DNA from: Paraphysomonas bandaiensis
Taxonomy: Eukaryota; Protista; Chrysophyceae
Direction of reading: 5' to 3'
Length of the DNA stretch: 64,000 nucleotides
NCBI GenBank assembly: GCA_965644295.1
Contig: CBFFRP010000457.1
Location: 1-64,000 of the forward strand
The notes under the pieces were generated by a model that did not search any database, had not been told where the DNA came from, and was given only the letters and a program-made list of their open reading frames with translations. Below, piece after piece: positions 37,211-50,429 of the stretch. The position numbers and the translations under genes are program-made. Numbering within the stretch: position 1 is the first letter of the stretch; the number at the start of each line of letters is the position of its first letter.

Positions 37211-38917
37211 ATGATGAACAATGATATCGAGAAAGAGATTAATGAAAATAAAGCTTGTCTCAGGGAAGCTGAAGATGATCTAAGAGAAGCTGAAGATGAT
37301 CTCAGAGAAGCTGAAGCTGATCTCGGTGAAGCTGAAGCAGAAGGTGATATCAAACGAAGAGATAGACTGGAAGCAACATATTTGAATATCCAGAGGTATA
37401 TTACGGAAATCCAGAGGTATATTACGGAACTCCGGAAGGAAGAAAATAGATTGGCGAATAGTATCCAAATCCCTCTATCTTCCTTACGTATCTCCAAGAA
37501 TGTGGAAGTAACCGAAAAATGCCAAAATTCTTCTTCCACGTTTTGTAACAGTGCGCCAAGTGGTTTTGGCTTTCTGCCCACATCAGTTAGATTTGACCCC
37601 ACTTATTATAAGTTGGAGCAGAGTTTACATAGTCGTCTGGTTCCAACTGATGAAGAAGTGTCAAAAGCCCCTCGACTAAGACTTTATGGAGAGAAAATGG
37701 GACTGCAAACATGGGGTGAAACTGAATCCGGTGGAGTGCATCAGCAATTTTCAGCTGTGGAGTGTATGTATAAAGGTGTTGAGGACAATGGACAAACACA
37801 GCTGGGCTCCCGGGGACTTGCTGATGGTATTGCTGCCCCCACCTCTTACGAATATTCTCATCATCGCTTTGGGCAATATACCTTGTCTGACATTGAACAT
37901 AAAAGCGCAGCATCGTCCGCGATGCCCGCAGTGGCGCAAGCTGCAGTAACTGCAACTAATTTTGCAATGAAATTGTTAAGCGACGGCGTTCCGAGTAGTG
38001 AATGCATAATTCCAGTCATTGGTAATACCGGTTTATCATTTGTTGCCGGAGTGACTATTGTACTGGACGCGTCCTTCCCGACGTATATCCCCCTCAGCAA
38101 ACACTTGGACCTCTCGGATCCAGTGGAGAGGCAGATTGCCTCCGCCTATATCACGAAAGCTAGTGCACACTGCGAGAAACTCTTCGAATTACTCCAGAAC
38201 ATTAAACTTTCAAGTGTTGTGCTTGCACCTCTTCGGCTTGATGTTGATGGTACATACTATATTAAGACGTTGTCTCGTGATGTGTATAAACGTGGGTTGG
38301 GTTTGTTTGCCGTGCACAATGCAGATCATCTTGACATAGAGAAGGGCATTCACCACATGATCGAATCTCTTAACCTGGTGTACGCATCTCCCGAGTCTCG
38401 CCCCTTCGCGGAGTATCCGTTGTCTATTCGTACACCTGATAACGCGTCTGACGGGTGTTATCAGCTAATATACAGAGACCTGACGAAGCTTGGTTTCCGG
38501 ATTGGAGCCCCAAATCGAATCACAAACGAAGATGTTTATGATTTATATGTGAAAGCCTTGACTGAAGCGGTTGAGAGCATTCACAGAGCCGGGGTGATTC
38601 ATGTGGACCTTTACCTGTCTAATGTTATGTGGCTACATAATGAAGACGCTGGTGTGGTCGAGATTAAAATTATTGACTGGGATGCATCTCATTGCCTTGA
38701 CGAAGGAAGATTCGTGGAAAATGTTGAAACGGCTATAATTGGTCATGTTGGAATTGAGCATTTACATTTTGGAGTTGAGCATGATCACCTCTTCCTTGCG
38801 GTGCTTTCCTTGGATAAGGATAAATATATAGGATGGGAATGCTTGGCCAGCAACCAGAAAGATAGGATAGACACTGCGTTTAGAGGCCTGTTAGGGATTG
38901 CCCTACATAACGTTTAG
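37211..38917 (+). CDS. Crinkler/CR-effector-like protein: coiled-coil header, putative PD-(D/E)xK-like region, C-terminal kinase-like domain
   Basis: Intronless 568 aa; heptads EAEDDLR; ADG..SDIEHK; IHVDLYLSNVMW and IKIIDWD. Confidence 0.75.
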   Translation: MMNNDIEKEINENKACLREAEDDLREAEDDLREAEADLGEAEAEGDIKRRDRLEATYLNIQRYITEIQRYITELRKEENRLANSIQIPLSSLRISKNVEVTEKCQNSSSTFCNSAPSGFGFLPTSVRFDPTYYKLEQSLHSRLVPTDEEVSKAPRLRLYGEKMGLQTWGETESGGVHQQFSAVECMYKGVEDNGQTQLGSRGLADGIAAPTSYEYSHHRFGQYTLSDIEHKSAASSAMPAVAQAAVTATNFAMKLLSDGVPSSECIIPVIGNTGLSFVAGVTIVLDASFPTYIPLSKHLDLSDPVERQIASAYITKASAHCEKLFELLQNIKLSSVVLAPLRLDVDGTYYIKTLSRDVYKRGLGLFAVHNADHLDIEKGIHHMIESLNLVYASPESRPFAEYPLSIRTPDNASDGCYQLIYRDLTKLGFRIGAPNRITNEDVYDLYVKALTEAVESIHRAGVIHVDLYLSNVMWLHNEDAGVVEIKIIDWDASHCLDEGRFVENVETAIIGHVGIEHLHFGVEHDHLFLAVLSLDKDKYIGWECLASNQKDRIDTAFRGLLGIALHNV

Positions 38918-39101
38918 AGTTTGATTTAACACATAGGTTCTATTTTTGCATTTTTCGTAGTAGCTTCGTAGTCAGCTTTGTCTATCATTCGATATCTAAT
39001 TCCCCACACCAGTATGCTGCAGTTGAGCTGAATCCTTTTAGTAGGTTTGTGTGAATGGAATCGAATCCCTTTAGTAGGTTTGTGTGAATGATGATCATAC
39101 T

Positions 39102-39175
39102 ATTTTCGGTGTAATAACCTAGTCAAAGCAATAAATGACTCAACCTTGTCAATTATAGTATTAAACCTAGTCATG
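39102..39175 (+). mobile_element. Solo remnant of the MULE left-end sequence
   Basis: ATTTTCGGTGTAA.AACCTAGTCAAAGC.ATAAATGACTCAACCT.G.CAA.TATAGTATTAA.CCTAGTC matches ~43308-43378. Confidence 0.7.
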
Positions 39176-40119
39176 ATTTGTACTCGCATATAGCTACGCA
39201 TTTCAGAAGCAGGTGAGTAGAACGAATGCAATATACAATATACATCAGGTATATAGCAGCATAGGCAGGACTCCATCGCTCTCTCCAATGCTGAAGTAGG
39301 CTGGTAGACTATTCTTTCTCTCAACACAATCCTCATGCATGTCCTTCAGTTACTTTTGAAAACATCGATGAAATCTTACTCTGAAACTGAAATATACTGA
39401 CCGTATAAGATCGAGATATCTAATATTGTATGGAGATGATGGGTAGATGAGACAACATGAATTTGGCGATTGACAACTTATTGCTCATAAGTTTATTATA
39501 TGTTACATTATCTTTCTAACTTATAATCTAAGCATAGAGTGAAAGTATTGTTCAGTTATATGTCAATCTCCATCATGGTAGCGTTTGACTGTTACTAATC
39601 AGATCTATTTGGAGATGATGACTGAACATATACCTCTATAGTGACTTTCTGCAGCAGTGCTTGAGGAACAAGCTGTGAGACTGCCCATAGTACGTACACC
39701 GTGTAAATGTGCTTTCCATGCAGTCAGATGGATGTGTCTATGGCTTCTTTACCGTTATTCTATGCCTCTGTGTGGTGCATATGTCCATTTCCAATTAATG
39801 GTGACTAAGGGTTGCCATAGACCGTCTCTGTCTGGAAGACGGACCTATATATCACCTGTCATGACTGTACGTACTGATTACATGATTTTACGGTACCTTC
39901 CATTCGATCATCACACTGTGTGGACCCTCGTACTGATACTGCACAGTCAATATACTATATCGCCTCGTACTCGATATCGACAATTGAGGAAGCAGTGGTC
40001 TTTAGCGAGTACAATGGTAATGCATCTCTGGACATATTGTTCAATTATCGTGATAATCTACACGCTTATAAGTATGTTCGGTATGTGTGCTGCAATCACA
40101 TAAAGATAAGAACAGTTGA

Positions 40120-40126
40120 ATGTATG

Positions 40127-40160
<34 letters not shown>

Positions 40161-41098
40161 TGTATGTATGTATGTATGTATGTATGTATGTATGTATGTA
40201 TGTATGTATGTATGTATGTATGTATGTATGTATGTATGTATGTATGTATGTATGTATGTATGTATGTATGTATGTATGTATGTATGTATGTATGTATGTA
40301 TGTATGTATGTATGTATGTATGTATGTATGTATGTATGTATGTATGTATGTATGTATGTATGTATGTATGTATGTATGTATGTATGTATGTATGTATGTA
40401 TGTACATATGCAAGTGTGTATGTATGTATGTATGTATGTATGTATGTATGTATGTATGTATGTATGTATGTATGTATGTATGTATGTATGTATGTATGTA
40501 TGTATGTATGTATGTATGTATGTATGTATGTATGTATGTATGTATGTATGTATGTATGTATGTATGTATGTATGTATGTATGTATGTATGTATGTATGTA
40601 TGTATGTATGTATGTATGTATGTACATATGCAAGTGTGTATGTATGTATGTATGTATGTATGTATGTATGTATGTATGTATGTATGTATGTATGTATGTA
40701 TGTATGTATGTATGTATGTATGTATGTATGTATGTATGTATGTATGTATGTATGTATGTATGTATGTATGTATGTATGTATGTATGTATGTATGTATGTA
40801 TGTATGTATGTATGTATGTATGTATGTATGTATGCATGTATGTATGTATGTATGTATGTATGTATGTATGTATGTATGTATGTATGTATGTATGTATGTA
40901 TGTATGTATGTATGTATGTATGTATGTATGTATGTATGTATGTATGTATGTATGTATGTAGGTATGTATGTATGTATGTATGTATGTATGTATGTATGTA
41001 TGTATGTATGTATGTATGTATGTATGTATGTATGTATGTATGTATGTATGTATGTATGTATGTATGTATGTATGTATGTATGTATGTATGTATGTATG
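40120..41098. repeat. (TATG)n microsatellite, ~980 bp, ending ~67 bp before ATG 41166
   Basis: Direct; one interruption (ACATATGCAAGTG) occurs twice. Confidence 0.98.
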
Positions 41099-41165
41099 TT
41101 GGTGTTGTTATGTGGTTATTCATATCTTATATATGTTCATATCACTCTGTACATCTTAATCCACA

Positions 41166-42715
41166 ATGGGTATAACATCAAGTAAACCTCCACCAGTATC
41201 TAATGTCTATCAAACAATAAAAATCTTAAATTCACATAAAAAAGAGTTTTCATTAATTGGCTTACATGAAAGTGATGTAGGTCACTTATATGGTACATTT
41301 GCAGCTATTGATTTGGATTCTTCCCTTGAAATTGAATTAGATGAATTTTTATCATATATAAAAACTGAAAATACTCATTTTACACAAGAAATTTTTCGTA
41401 TTTTTGATTGTAATCATAATACAAAAATGGATCCATATGAATTTATTGTATCATTATGGAATTTTTGTACAATGAGTCATAATAATATCGGTAATTTTTA
41501 TATATATATCTCTAAATCAATTCATTTAACTATATTTTTATAGCAATGTTTGTATTTGAATTATATGATAATGATGATAGTGGATATTTGGATAAGATAG
41601 AGATGGAACGGATATTAAAAGATACATATGGGGCTGATTTTGATTCCAGTCCAACTGCGAAGAAGTATGGTATATGTATAGTAGTATGGTATATGTATAT
41701 ATGTATGTATGTATATATATATATGTATATGTAGAAGTGTGGTATACGTATATAGAAGTATGGCGTATGTATGTGAGTATATACATATGAGTGTATGTAT
41801 ATATGTATGTAGGTATATGTTTTCCTCATGTTACTATATATGCGCAGGTTTTTATCTAAAATTGAAGAGAAAGGACGAAAATCAATGACTGCTGAATACT
41901 TTTTACAGTTAACAAAAAAAAATAGTGCTGTATTATATCCTGCATATGTTCTACAGTCTAAAATACGTGAAGAAGTAGTTGGTGATTTATTTTGGACACG
42001 ACTAACGGCTAAGCGTGAAGATATGTTTGGATCTACATATATACCTGTTGATATTATTCTCCAGTATCATGGGAATAAGAAGGAGATTAGTTTACATTAT
42101 TCGAAACGGGAAAAGAAGCGTGATATGTGAGTGTATTGATATGCTTCAGTGCTATGTGTATATATACATAGTGTATTCCTGTATATTCCAACTGTAGTCC
42201 TGACTGTTGCTTACTTAAATTATATATAATATAAACAGAAAGAGACAGAAGACAAAAGAAGAGGCAGCTCTTGCGGCTGCTGAGATTGATGTGTATGTGC
42301 ATTCATCTCTCAAGCTGCCTTGTCTCATATTGCGTTTTATTCAGAGTGGGGTACAATCAGAAACGCCGTGTGTCTGTACTCACGAAACTCTATACGTATG
42401 TAAACTCTGATCTAATGGAATCTTCGTATTGATATTCGTGCTATAGTGGGTCACAAACAGTTGGTCGCCGGATGAGTCAACTTATCAAAACTAAAGAGAA
42501 AGGACTGTATAAAAAAGGCCAGGGATCTCCGCCAAAGAAATCTAGTAGTAAAGGGAAAGTGTAAGTATATGTTTGTAAGCTGAAATAGGGATGCTCGTAC
42601 GGCATGGTAAAATCACTGTCTGTCACACTATATAACTACAGACATTTACTCTTTGTATGTTATAGTGGTGCCTCCTCATGATGAAATCGTTAGCTCGAAG
42701 GGCACAGGCATCTAG
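41166..42715 (+). CDS. EF-hand (calcineurin B-like) protein with N-myristoylation motif, multi-exon; 3' exons approximate
   Basis: MGITSSK; EF loops DLDSSLEIELDE, DCNHNTKMDPYE, DNDDSGYLDKIE; GT-AG introns. Confidence 0.8.
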
Positions 42716-43257
42716 GGCGTGTAATGTTTTGGATGACATGTTATCTGTAACCAGACTGTATGTATGTGAAGAATGTATAGACTGCTGCAGTCGCTGTGGA
42801 TTTATTAGTCCTGAGATATTCTACTGTGTGTATATTGCGAGAATATATATGGAGTAAATATTACTTGCTATGCAAGTGTGTAATATATATGTATTTATAT
42901 ATAATAATTGAGATTTGTCAGTGTTGCAGCTGCTATGTGAGTGCTAGTTTGGAATTTCATGCAGATTTAATTATACTGCTATGCATCATTGAGAATTCAC
43001 CCCGTTCGTGTATCAAGTATCAATATATTTAAGCGTCTATTGTAGATTCTACTTCTTACTACTGTAGTTAAATAGTAAATAGTGCTTAGCCACCACAGCT
43101 TGGCGCTCGGGGACAAAGAGAACTACAATGGTATATAATATATATTTTAGTATTTATTTCGTGGTAGCATTCGGATATGTAAAGTAAGTTAAATTACGAC
43201 AATGATGCTAGTATTCATGGTAAACCCATAGTAATTAGCGCATATTCGTTTAAAATT

Positions 43258-44491
43258 GGGATATATTATTCAACCTAGTCAATTTGGTGGAATTTCCTAG
43301 TCATTCCATTTTCGGTGTAAAAACCTAGTCAAAGCCATAAATGACTCAACCTAGCCAAATATAGTATTAAGCCTAGTCGTTCTTATATCCATTGATTACA
43401 CATTGCGACTGTCTAAGATACGTGCACACACCACACAACATATTGATGGCTCGTAGAGCATCACAACAAGCATAACAATTCATTCATATCTACATATCTA
43501 CATATCTACATAACAGTGTATGTGTATGTATATGCAGCATATCTGTATAGCTTATTAGTGTACGATGGGTCTCTTATCAGTGTTATGAGGAAGAGGAGTG
43601 GTCAGTGTAGCTGTACTGTGGACATACCCCCATGAATATACGTAGACACACACCTGGAGATCTTCATACGCTATGAGTGAGATCGCTTACCCTCCTTCAG
43701 CGACTTGCTTGTTGAATGAGCGACTGCTTTGACTTCCAGGAGGGCATGAATACCCCATGTTTCTAGACCGATTAAGAAAAAAGAGGGGTTTTCATGTCAA
43801 AGTCTGTGTATTCGTAAAAACAACATCACTGAATTGGACTGCCTTTCCAGGAGCAGATCAAACGATGAGGAGTCTGTCGTACAGTGGAGCCCTTTAATCT
43901 CTCTGCCACGGGATGGATCACTGGCAGTCTCCCTCAGTAGTCTCTTAATCACCTGTACACTACAGTGGTTGTGACCTGTACTTTACAGTGGTTATGATAT
44001 GTACATTACTGTGGTTGTGGGACAATAGCCGCTGTTGGCCTTACTGACTATCCGTACATCCCTTGCGAGGTATGTGCGAGACATATATTCTCTAGTATAT
44101 ATATTTACAATCTTGTGAGTGCTAATCATTGTGTTATGTACTATCATAGGTACCTCAGTACTACTAATGTCCTCGATTGTGGAGCAATAGCCCCCTACTA
44201 TATTTTTTCTCTGTGCAACTGCGTTTCACTGTTGCCTATAGGTGCACATCACTTGGGAGGTGTGTACGAGATATATATTGTCCTGTACATATCTTAATGT
44301 TATCGTCAGGGAACTTTATTGTCAAGCTCCATTATGCCTGAAAGGATTTGCGGCATTCCACCTAGTCATTGTAAAGTTAAAAATCTAATTATTTAATGAC
44401 TAGGTTTTTCAACCTTTTGACTAGGTTTTTACTCCAATTTTGGTGTGACTAGGAAATTCCACCAAATTGACTAGGTCGAAAAATAGATCCC
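43258..44491. mobile_element. Non-autonomous Mutator/MULE element, 1234 bp
   Basis: ~75-bp imperfect TIRs (GGGAT.TATT.TTC.ACCTAGTCAATTTGGTGGAATTTCCTAGTCA); 9-bp TSD TTTAAAATT at 43249-43257 and 44492-44500. Confidence 0.9.
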
Positions 44492-44698
44492 TTTAAAATT
44501 TACCATTATTTAAGTATATTGTATGTGGCTAAACAGTCTTTCAATCGCTCAATGACATATTTAACCCATTATAAGGCACGGTTACACTCTATTCGTGTTG
44601 CTGCATATCCAAAGTCCCTATTGCATCAACATCGACACAGATAAACCAAATAGCCTATTGCACACAGTAGCTAGCCGGATATCCGGGTTCAACTAGTG

Positions 44699-46594
44699 CT
44701 AAATGTCTTTCTCGGACACTTCTTGGGAAGCTGAGCGCACAGCTCCAAGAATATTCTTCATCCGATTGGTGGCAATAATCTGAATGATACAATAAGAACA
44801 TATACATAACCACAAACTGATGGTACGAATCGAACATACATATACAAAACGATATATAAACATCGATGTTTAGACATGACTGCATGTGATAAAAGGAAAA
44901 CAGTGGCATATATATAGATAATATATCAACACAGAAGAGAGTATACACGCCCATTATACGAAAACTCACCGCCTTTGCGGCTGCTTTGAACTTCCTTGTT
45001 GCATGAAATTTTTTGAAGTGGCTGAGGTTGGCCTCCAGAGATCTCTGTGCAAGTTCACTGGCGTCTCTTGTGATCTGGACATTGTATAGCAATTAGGGCA
45101 CAGGAGGAGGTTATGTGTAGCGCACATAAGAGATATATCAAGGCAATGATATCAAAAAAACGCGCACACAAAATAAAGGGAAGCGTACCCAAGAGTGGTT
45201 GAGAGCCTCTTCGGACGTGTATCTTTCGAGCGGATTCACTTTCAGCAATCTCCTGATAAGATCCTTAGCTTCTTCACTGACGGCGTCCCAGTACTCAGGA
45301 TGGAACTCATATTCGGCATTCTTAATCTTCTGGAATAACACTTTCTGGTTGTCGTCGTGAAATGGGGGATATCCACCAAGGAGTATGTACGTAATAACCC
45401 CTGCAGATATTGCACATTACATATCATAAGTACGTATGTCCTAAAGTAAACATATAGGTCATAAATAATATCTTCGATCAACCCACCTATCGACCACATA
45501 TCAACCGCCTTGCCGTAGGGTTGCGTTGAAAGAATCTCAGGTGCTACGTAGCCCGGGGTTCCACACTGAGTTTTCAAAGTCATGTAACCCTCTGACTTGA
45601 TGGCAAACCCGAAATCCGCCAATTTCACGTGCGCGTCATCATCAAGACTCGCCAATAACAAGTTCTCAGGTTTGAGGTCTCGATGAACCACGTTTCTCGC
45701 ATGGCAATAGTGTATCGTAGACAACAGGATATACACCAGATCACGAGCCTCCTTCTCACTGTAAAAAGTCTTTTTAACAATTCTGTCGAAAAGCTCGCCT
45801 CCTTCCATGTACTCCATTACCAAGTAATAAGTGGTCTCTTCATCATAAAATCCCAGACATTTAAGGATATTGGGGTGATTCATGGCGCGCAAAATAATAA
45901 CTTCCTGTTTCAGAGCAGCCTCGTCGTCAGCTGGAAGAGCTTTCTTTGAGATGCATTTCACCGCCGCTTTCTCCTTCGTGCGTCTGTTCCGAGCCAGGCG
46001 GACAGTGCTAAATGCTCCCTCACCCACCTATACCAGCACCATATAATTAAAGTATATCATAATCACATTCTCATAAACACTCATATACTATCATTTATAT
46101 AAAATGTAAACCAGACAATACAAGGATGAGTTACTTACCACTTCACCTAGCTCATACTTTTCAGCAAATCTTCCTTCATCAGGAATCAATTCAGTTGGCA
46201 TAATAGGAATAATCGGTGCTGTTTCTTCTGGTTCTTTCTTCTTTTGAACTTGTGATGATACAGATGATGTTACAGAACCTGCATTAGTATTAGTAGATGT
46301 CTTTGTTGCTGCTGATGAGGGTGTGTTGGATGGTACAGCAGCTTTCGGCTCATCTTTTACAGATTTTAAAGGCTCCGTTTCATGTTTGGAATGTTTTTTT
46401 GATTTTTTATCATTTGAATTAGTATTATTTGATGTTTTTTGTTGAATTTGTTGTGTTGATTGTGTTGTTAATGGATCTCTGAGTTCATTTGAATGATCAT
46501 GAGTCTCTATTGATTGAGGGGATGTTGATGGAGGGATTTCTGTTGGTTGAGATGCGGTGTAATTTGCCTCTGGTTTGGAATCAGTGCATCCCAT
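44699..46594 (-). CDS. Ca2+/calmodulin-dependent protein kinase (CaMK1-like) with MGC acylation motif, multi-exon
   Basis: GEGAFS, AVK, HRDLKPEN, DFG, GTPGYVAPE, DMWSIG; CaM-binding RKFKAAAKA; last exon ends EKDI-stop at 44699. Confidence 0.93.
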
Positions 46595-46679
46595 TTTTGG
46601 GCTCTAGTGTGATGATGGAATATATTCCAAGTTATGTGGAGTACAGTGATGATAATAGTGATAATAGAGAGATGTGTGA

Positions 46680-47539
46680 ATATATGTATGTATGTATATA
46701 TGTGTACAGTATATAGCGATAAGCAAGAGGTGGAGAGGGGCGTATGTAGTGATATACTATGTATACAGCAGAGGATGGATGTTTATGTATGGGTGCAGTT
46801 GTCTATGAGAAGATACGTATGTATGTATGTATGTATGTATGTATGTATGTATGTATGTATGTATGTATGTATGTGTATGTATGAATGTATGTATGTATGT
46901 ATATATGTGTACAGTATATAGCGATAAGCAAGAGGTGGAGAGGGGCGTATGTAGTGATATACTATGTATACAGCAGAGGATGGATGTTTATGTATGGGTG
47001 CAGTTGTCTATGAGAAGATACGTATGTATGTATGTATGTATGTATGTATGTATGTATGTATGTATGTATGTATGTATGTATGTATGTATGTATGTATGTA
47101 TGTATGTATGTATGTATGTATGTATGTATGTATGTATGTATGTATGTATGTATGTATGTATGTATGTATGTATGTATGTATGTATGTATGTATGTATGTA
47201 TGTATGTATGTATGTATGTATGTATGTATGTATGTATGTATGTATGTATGTATGTATGTATGTATGTATGTATGTATGTATGTATGTATGTATGTATGTA
47301 TGTATGTATGTATGTATGTATGTATGTATGTATGTATGTATGTATGTATGTATGTATGTATGTATGTATGTATGTATGTATGTATGTATGTATGTATGTA
47401 TGTATGTATGTATGTATGTATGAATGTATGTATGTATGTATGTATGTATGTATGTATGTATGTATGTATGTATGTATGTATGTATGTATGTATGTATGTA
47501 TGTATGTATGTATGTATGTATGTATGTATGTATGTATGT
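46680..47539. repeat. 205-bp-period duplication of a unique segment plus (TATG)n arrays in a divergent intergenic region
   Basis: GCGATAAGCAAGAGG... at 46716 and 46921; TATG arrays at ~46817-46900 and 47022-47539. Confidence 0.95.
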
Positions 47540-47796
47540 AGATACACTCGTAGATACGGCGTGTGTACTGTAGTGTATGTCGGTAGGTACATCTAGAGAT
47601 GATACACACAGCAGTTAGTATGTAGGATACACACCTCAGCAAGAGATGCTACATACCTCTACATATACCGCTCTACATACCTCATCGCTCTCTCCCTCTC
47701 CATATACACATACATATATATAAACAAACCCTCACCTCAATCCACACCCCATCAAACTACATTATAGTATCCCCATAGGATACATTCCCTTTTATA

Positions 47797-48192
47797 ATGG
47801 TATTTTCCGGATATTTAACTAAAAGAGGATCAGTTGTTCCTAATTGGAAACGTCGCTACTTTGAATTAAGTGTCAATACATTAACATACTATGAATATGA
47901 AGGTGGTACACGTAAAGGATCAATACATATTAATTCAACAACATTAATTAAAGAAACACATTTTATGTTAATTAGTCATGCATTTTATATTGAAAATATT
48001 GATGATAATACAGTCTTATATCTATCAGCTGATACTGAGAGTGATAAGAATTTATGGATCAGTGCATTAATGAAAACAATTGAAAGGCTTAAATCTCCTC
48101 GTACATCTTCAATGGATAATACAGCTGTGGAAAGTGCGAATACAGAGGCTTCAGCCTCTAGTGAAGTGAAAGATGTTAACACTGAAGGTTAA
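47797..48192 (+). CDS. PH-domain protein
   Basis: GYLTKRGSVVPNWKRRYFEL...LSADTESDKNLWISAL. Confidence 0.9.
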   Translation: MVFSGYLTKRGSVVPNWKRRYFELSVNTLTYYEYEGGTRKGSIHINSTTLIKETHFMLISHAFYIENIDDNTVLYLSADTESDKNLWISALMKTIERLKSPRTSSMDNTAVESANTEASASSEVKDVNTEG

Positions 48193-50429
48193 AAGTGTTT
48201 TATGCACTACATGTATTGGAAATTTTTGGTGTAAAACATCATGGCTATATATCCAACTGCTGGATGTGATTTAGTGCCCTTTTATTTTAGATATCGATTA
48301 ATAAGCAAAGTATTCTTATACTGCCATATGGGATTGTTTTTCTTGGTGCAATTCATTACCAGCAATTAAGTAAATTATATGGTTAGACCCCTCCCTTTAC
48401 AAATAATACACGGAACTTATTGTATTCATGCATAGTCACGCATACATAGTGTAGATCAAGTATGGGTCTACTTGGTTCGGTACAGAAGACAGAAGGTACT
48501 CTAGGGTTCAAATAATGCGTTGTAGTCAACACATCCCGCGTTCTAAGCCACATGTGCGCGGTGTATACACAGCTAGAAATTAGCTTATTGGGATACGGTG
48601 TATTACACCCTAGCAACGAATTTGTTTGTTAGCCTTCTCCATCATATGCCGCAGTTCAGTATTCAAATATGGTTTGTGAGAGTCTAGTAGACGTCTAGCC
48701 GGGCCACATGGAGAACGCAGGAATTCTCATGTAATAAGGTCAAAAGCTTCCTTGTAATAGAAGAAGTAGCTACAGAAATTTAGATACGTTGATCATTGAT
48801 GTACTTAAAATGTGGTAGTAATAAAACTACACCAAAAATTAGTCATTACCAGAAGTGCAGAGCTTAAAAAATTACGAAGTGATCATACATGCCAAGATCG
48901 CAGTAGACGAATTGGTAATAATTTAACTCCACTATGTAGCGCATACATCACTACATTCATTTCAAAAAACAACAACAAATTAAAATCAATCAAAGAAAGA
49001 AATGATAAATCAAATCCACAGCTGATCAATTGATGCCACAGCTAAAGCGATGATATTACGATGCTAACCTCCTAGTAATCTTGGGTTTTAATGAATGTGA
49101 TAAGAATAAATATAATTAGATGTGGTTACTTCATTTATGGTTAGTTGAGACCGGAAACATCCTATTGAGCTCTCTGTTTTTTATAATATCCTCTTAAAAT
49201 CTACATGAATAAAGATCCGTTGTTTTTCAGCTTCCATTTTGTTTTGAGTATAGTTGCTCAGATGTTGCCTAGCAGTGTGCTTTCCTCTTTTGTGAGGAAA
49301 AAAGGAGATATAAGAAGCTACCTTTATTTAGTATTTCTGTAAACAAGTGATACACCAATACAATAATTAGATACTTCTGAGTTTATTTAAATATTTCTTT
49401 GCCTCAAATTTGGACTATGAATGAATTCGGAATTCTTGTAAGAATGCATTACAATAAGCGTTACTTATGTGTGTATTACATCACAGATTGAAAACATCTA
49501 ACGAAATGTCCTTAAATCACATTGCAAGTTATCAGTAGTGTTTAAGATTGTGTGGCGATTAACCATGATATTCATTGCTTTAATATTATTTAAAGATTAG
49601 CGACTGCAGATACTCGTTAATTAATGATACTTACAAAGAAGAGAAGTTATATATCTTGTACATTACGAGTGGCATTAATGATTGCAAATCATCTATTGGA
49701 GTGTGTTATAGAATGGATTTGGTTTGATATATGCATGATATGGATTTCATGACATGGATATTTACTGCAGCAGCAGCTCTCTTGCATGTCTGTACTGCTG
49801 TATATTGGACTTGAGAGTAACCGCTTTTTGTAGCCAATCATAGACTGGAATTGTATATCAAAATGATATGATTTGATAATCTCCATATCAGAATATAGTG
49901 GTTTTGATGTGAAATTATTACAGGTTTTGAAACAACAACATAAAAATAGGGGATTTCTAGTTTCTCGAATGCAGAATGTGATGAAAGAACTAGCATATGA
50001 GTTTCTTTCTACAAAGAAATTCAAAAACATAGGATTTTTTAAAGATCCTCCTTGTTGAAATCTAGAAATCCTGGCTTTCAAGATATCGTACTTCTGTTCG
50101 CACGTACACTGCACGCAACTGCGAAATCGGAATACGTATCGGAATTTCTGTAATTAATATACGCATATATTTAGCAATCAAAATACTATAAATTCCAGTA
50201 TAATTTTCATATTAAAACTGGATCTTTTCTGTAAAAACAGTATATATATTTTATTGCTATATCTTCCTATATATTTCCGTGGTTTTTAGATACCAATTCT
50301 ACAGAATATCTTTGTATATATATGCGAGTAATCACTGTACTTAACGTCACTGTTATTATATAGTTTAAACACAAGAGGTGACCTGTGGTTATAACAACAG
50401 AGGTAAGAGAGTGTCAGTTGACTGTTCCT

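Noticed and set aside
39200-40110. Possible transposase remnant after the MULE end fragment
   Set aside because: Only fragmentary frames with no recognisable DDE or Zn-finger motif.
48383-50300. Short ORFs between the PH and GDH genes
   Set aside because: No motifs or consistent splice model; possibly decayed mobile DNA.
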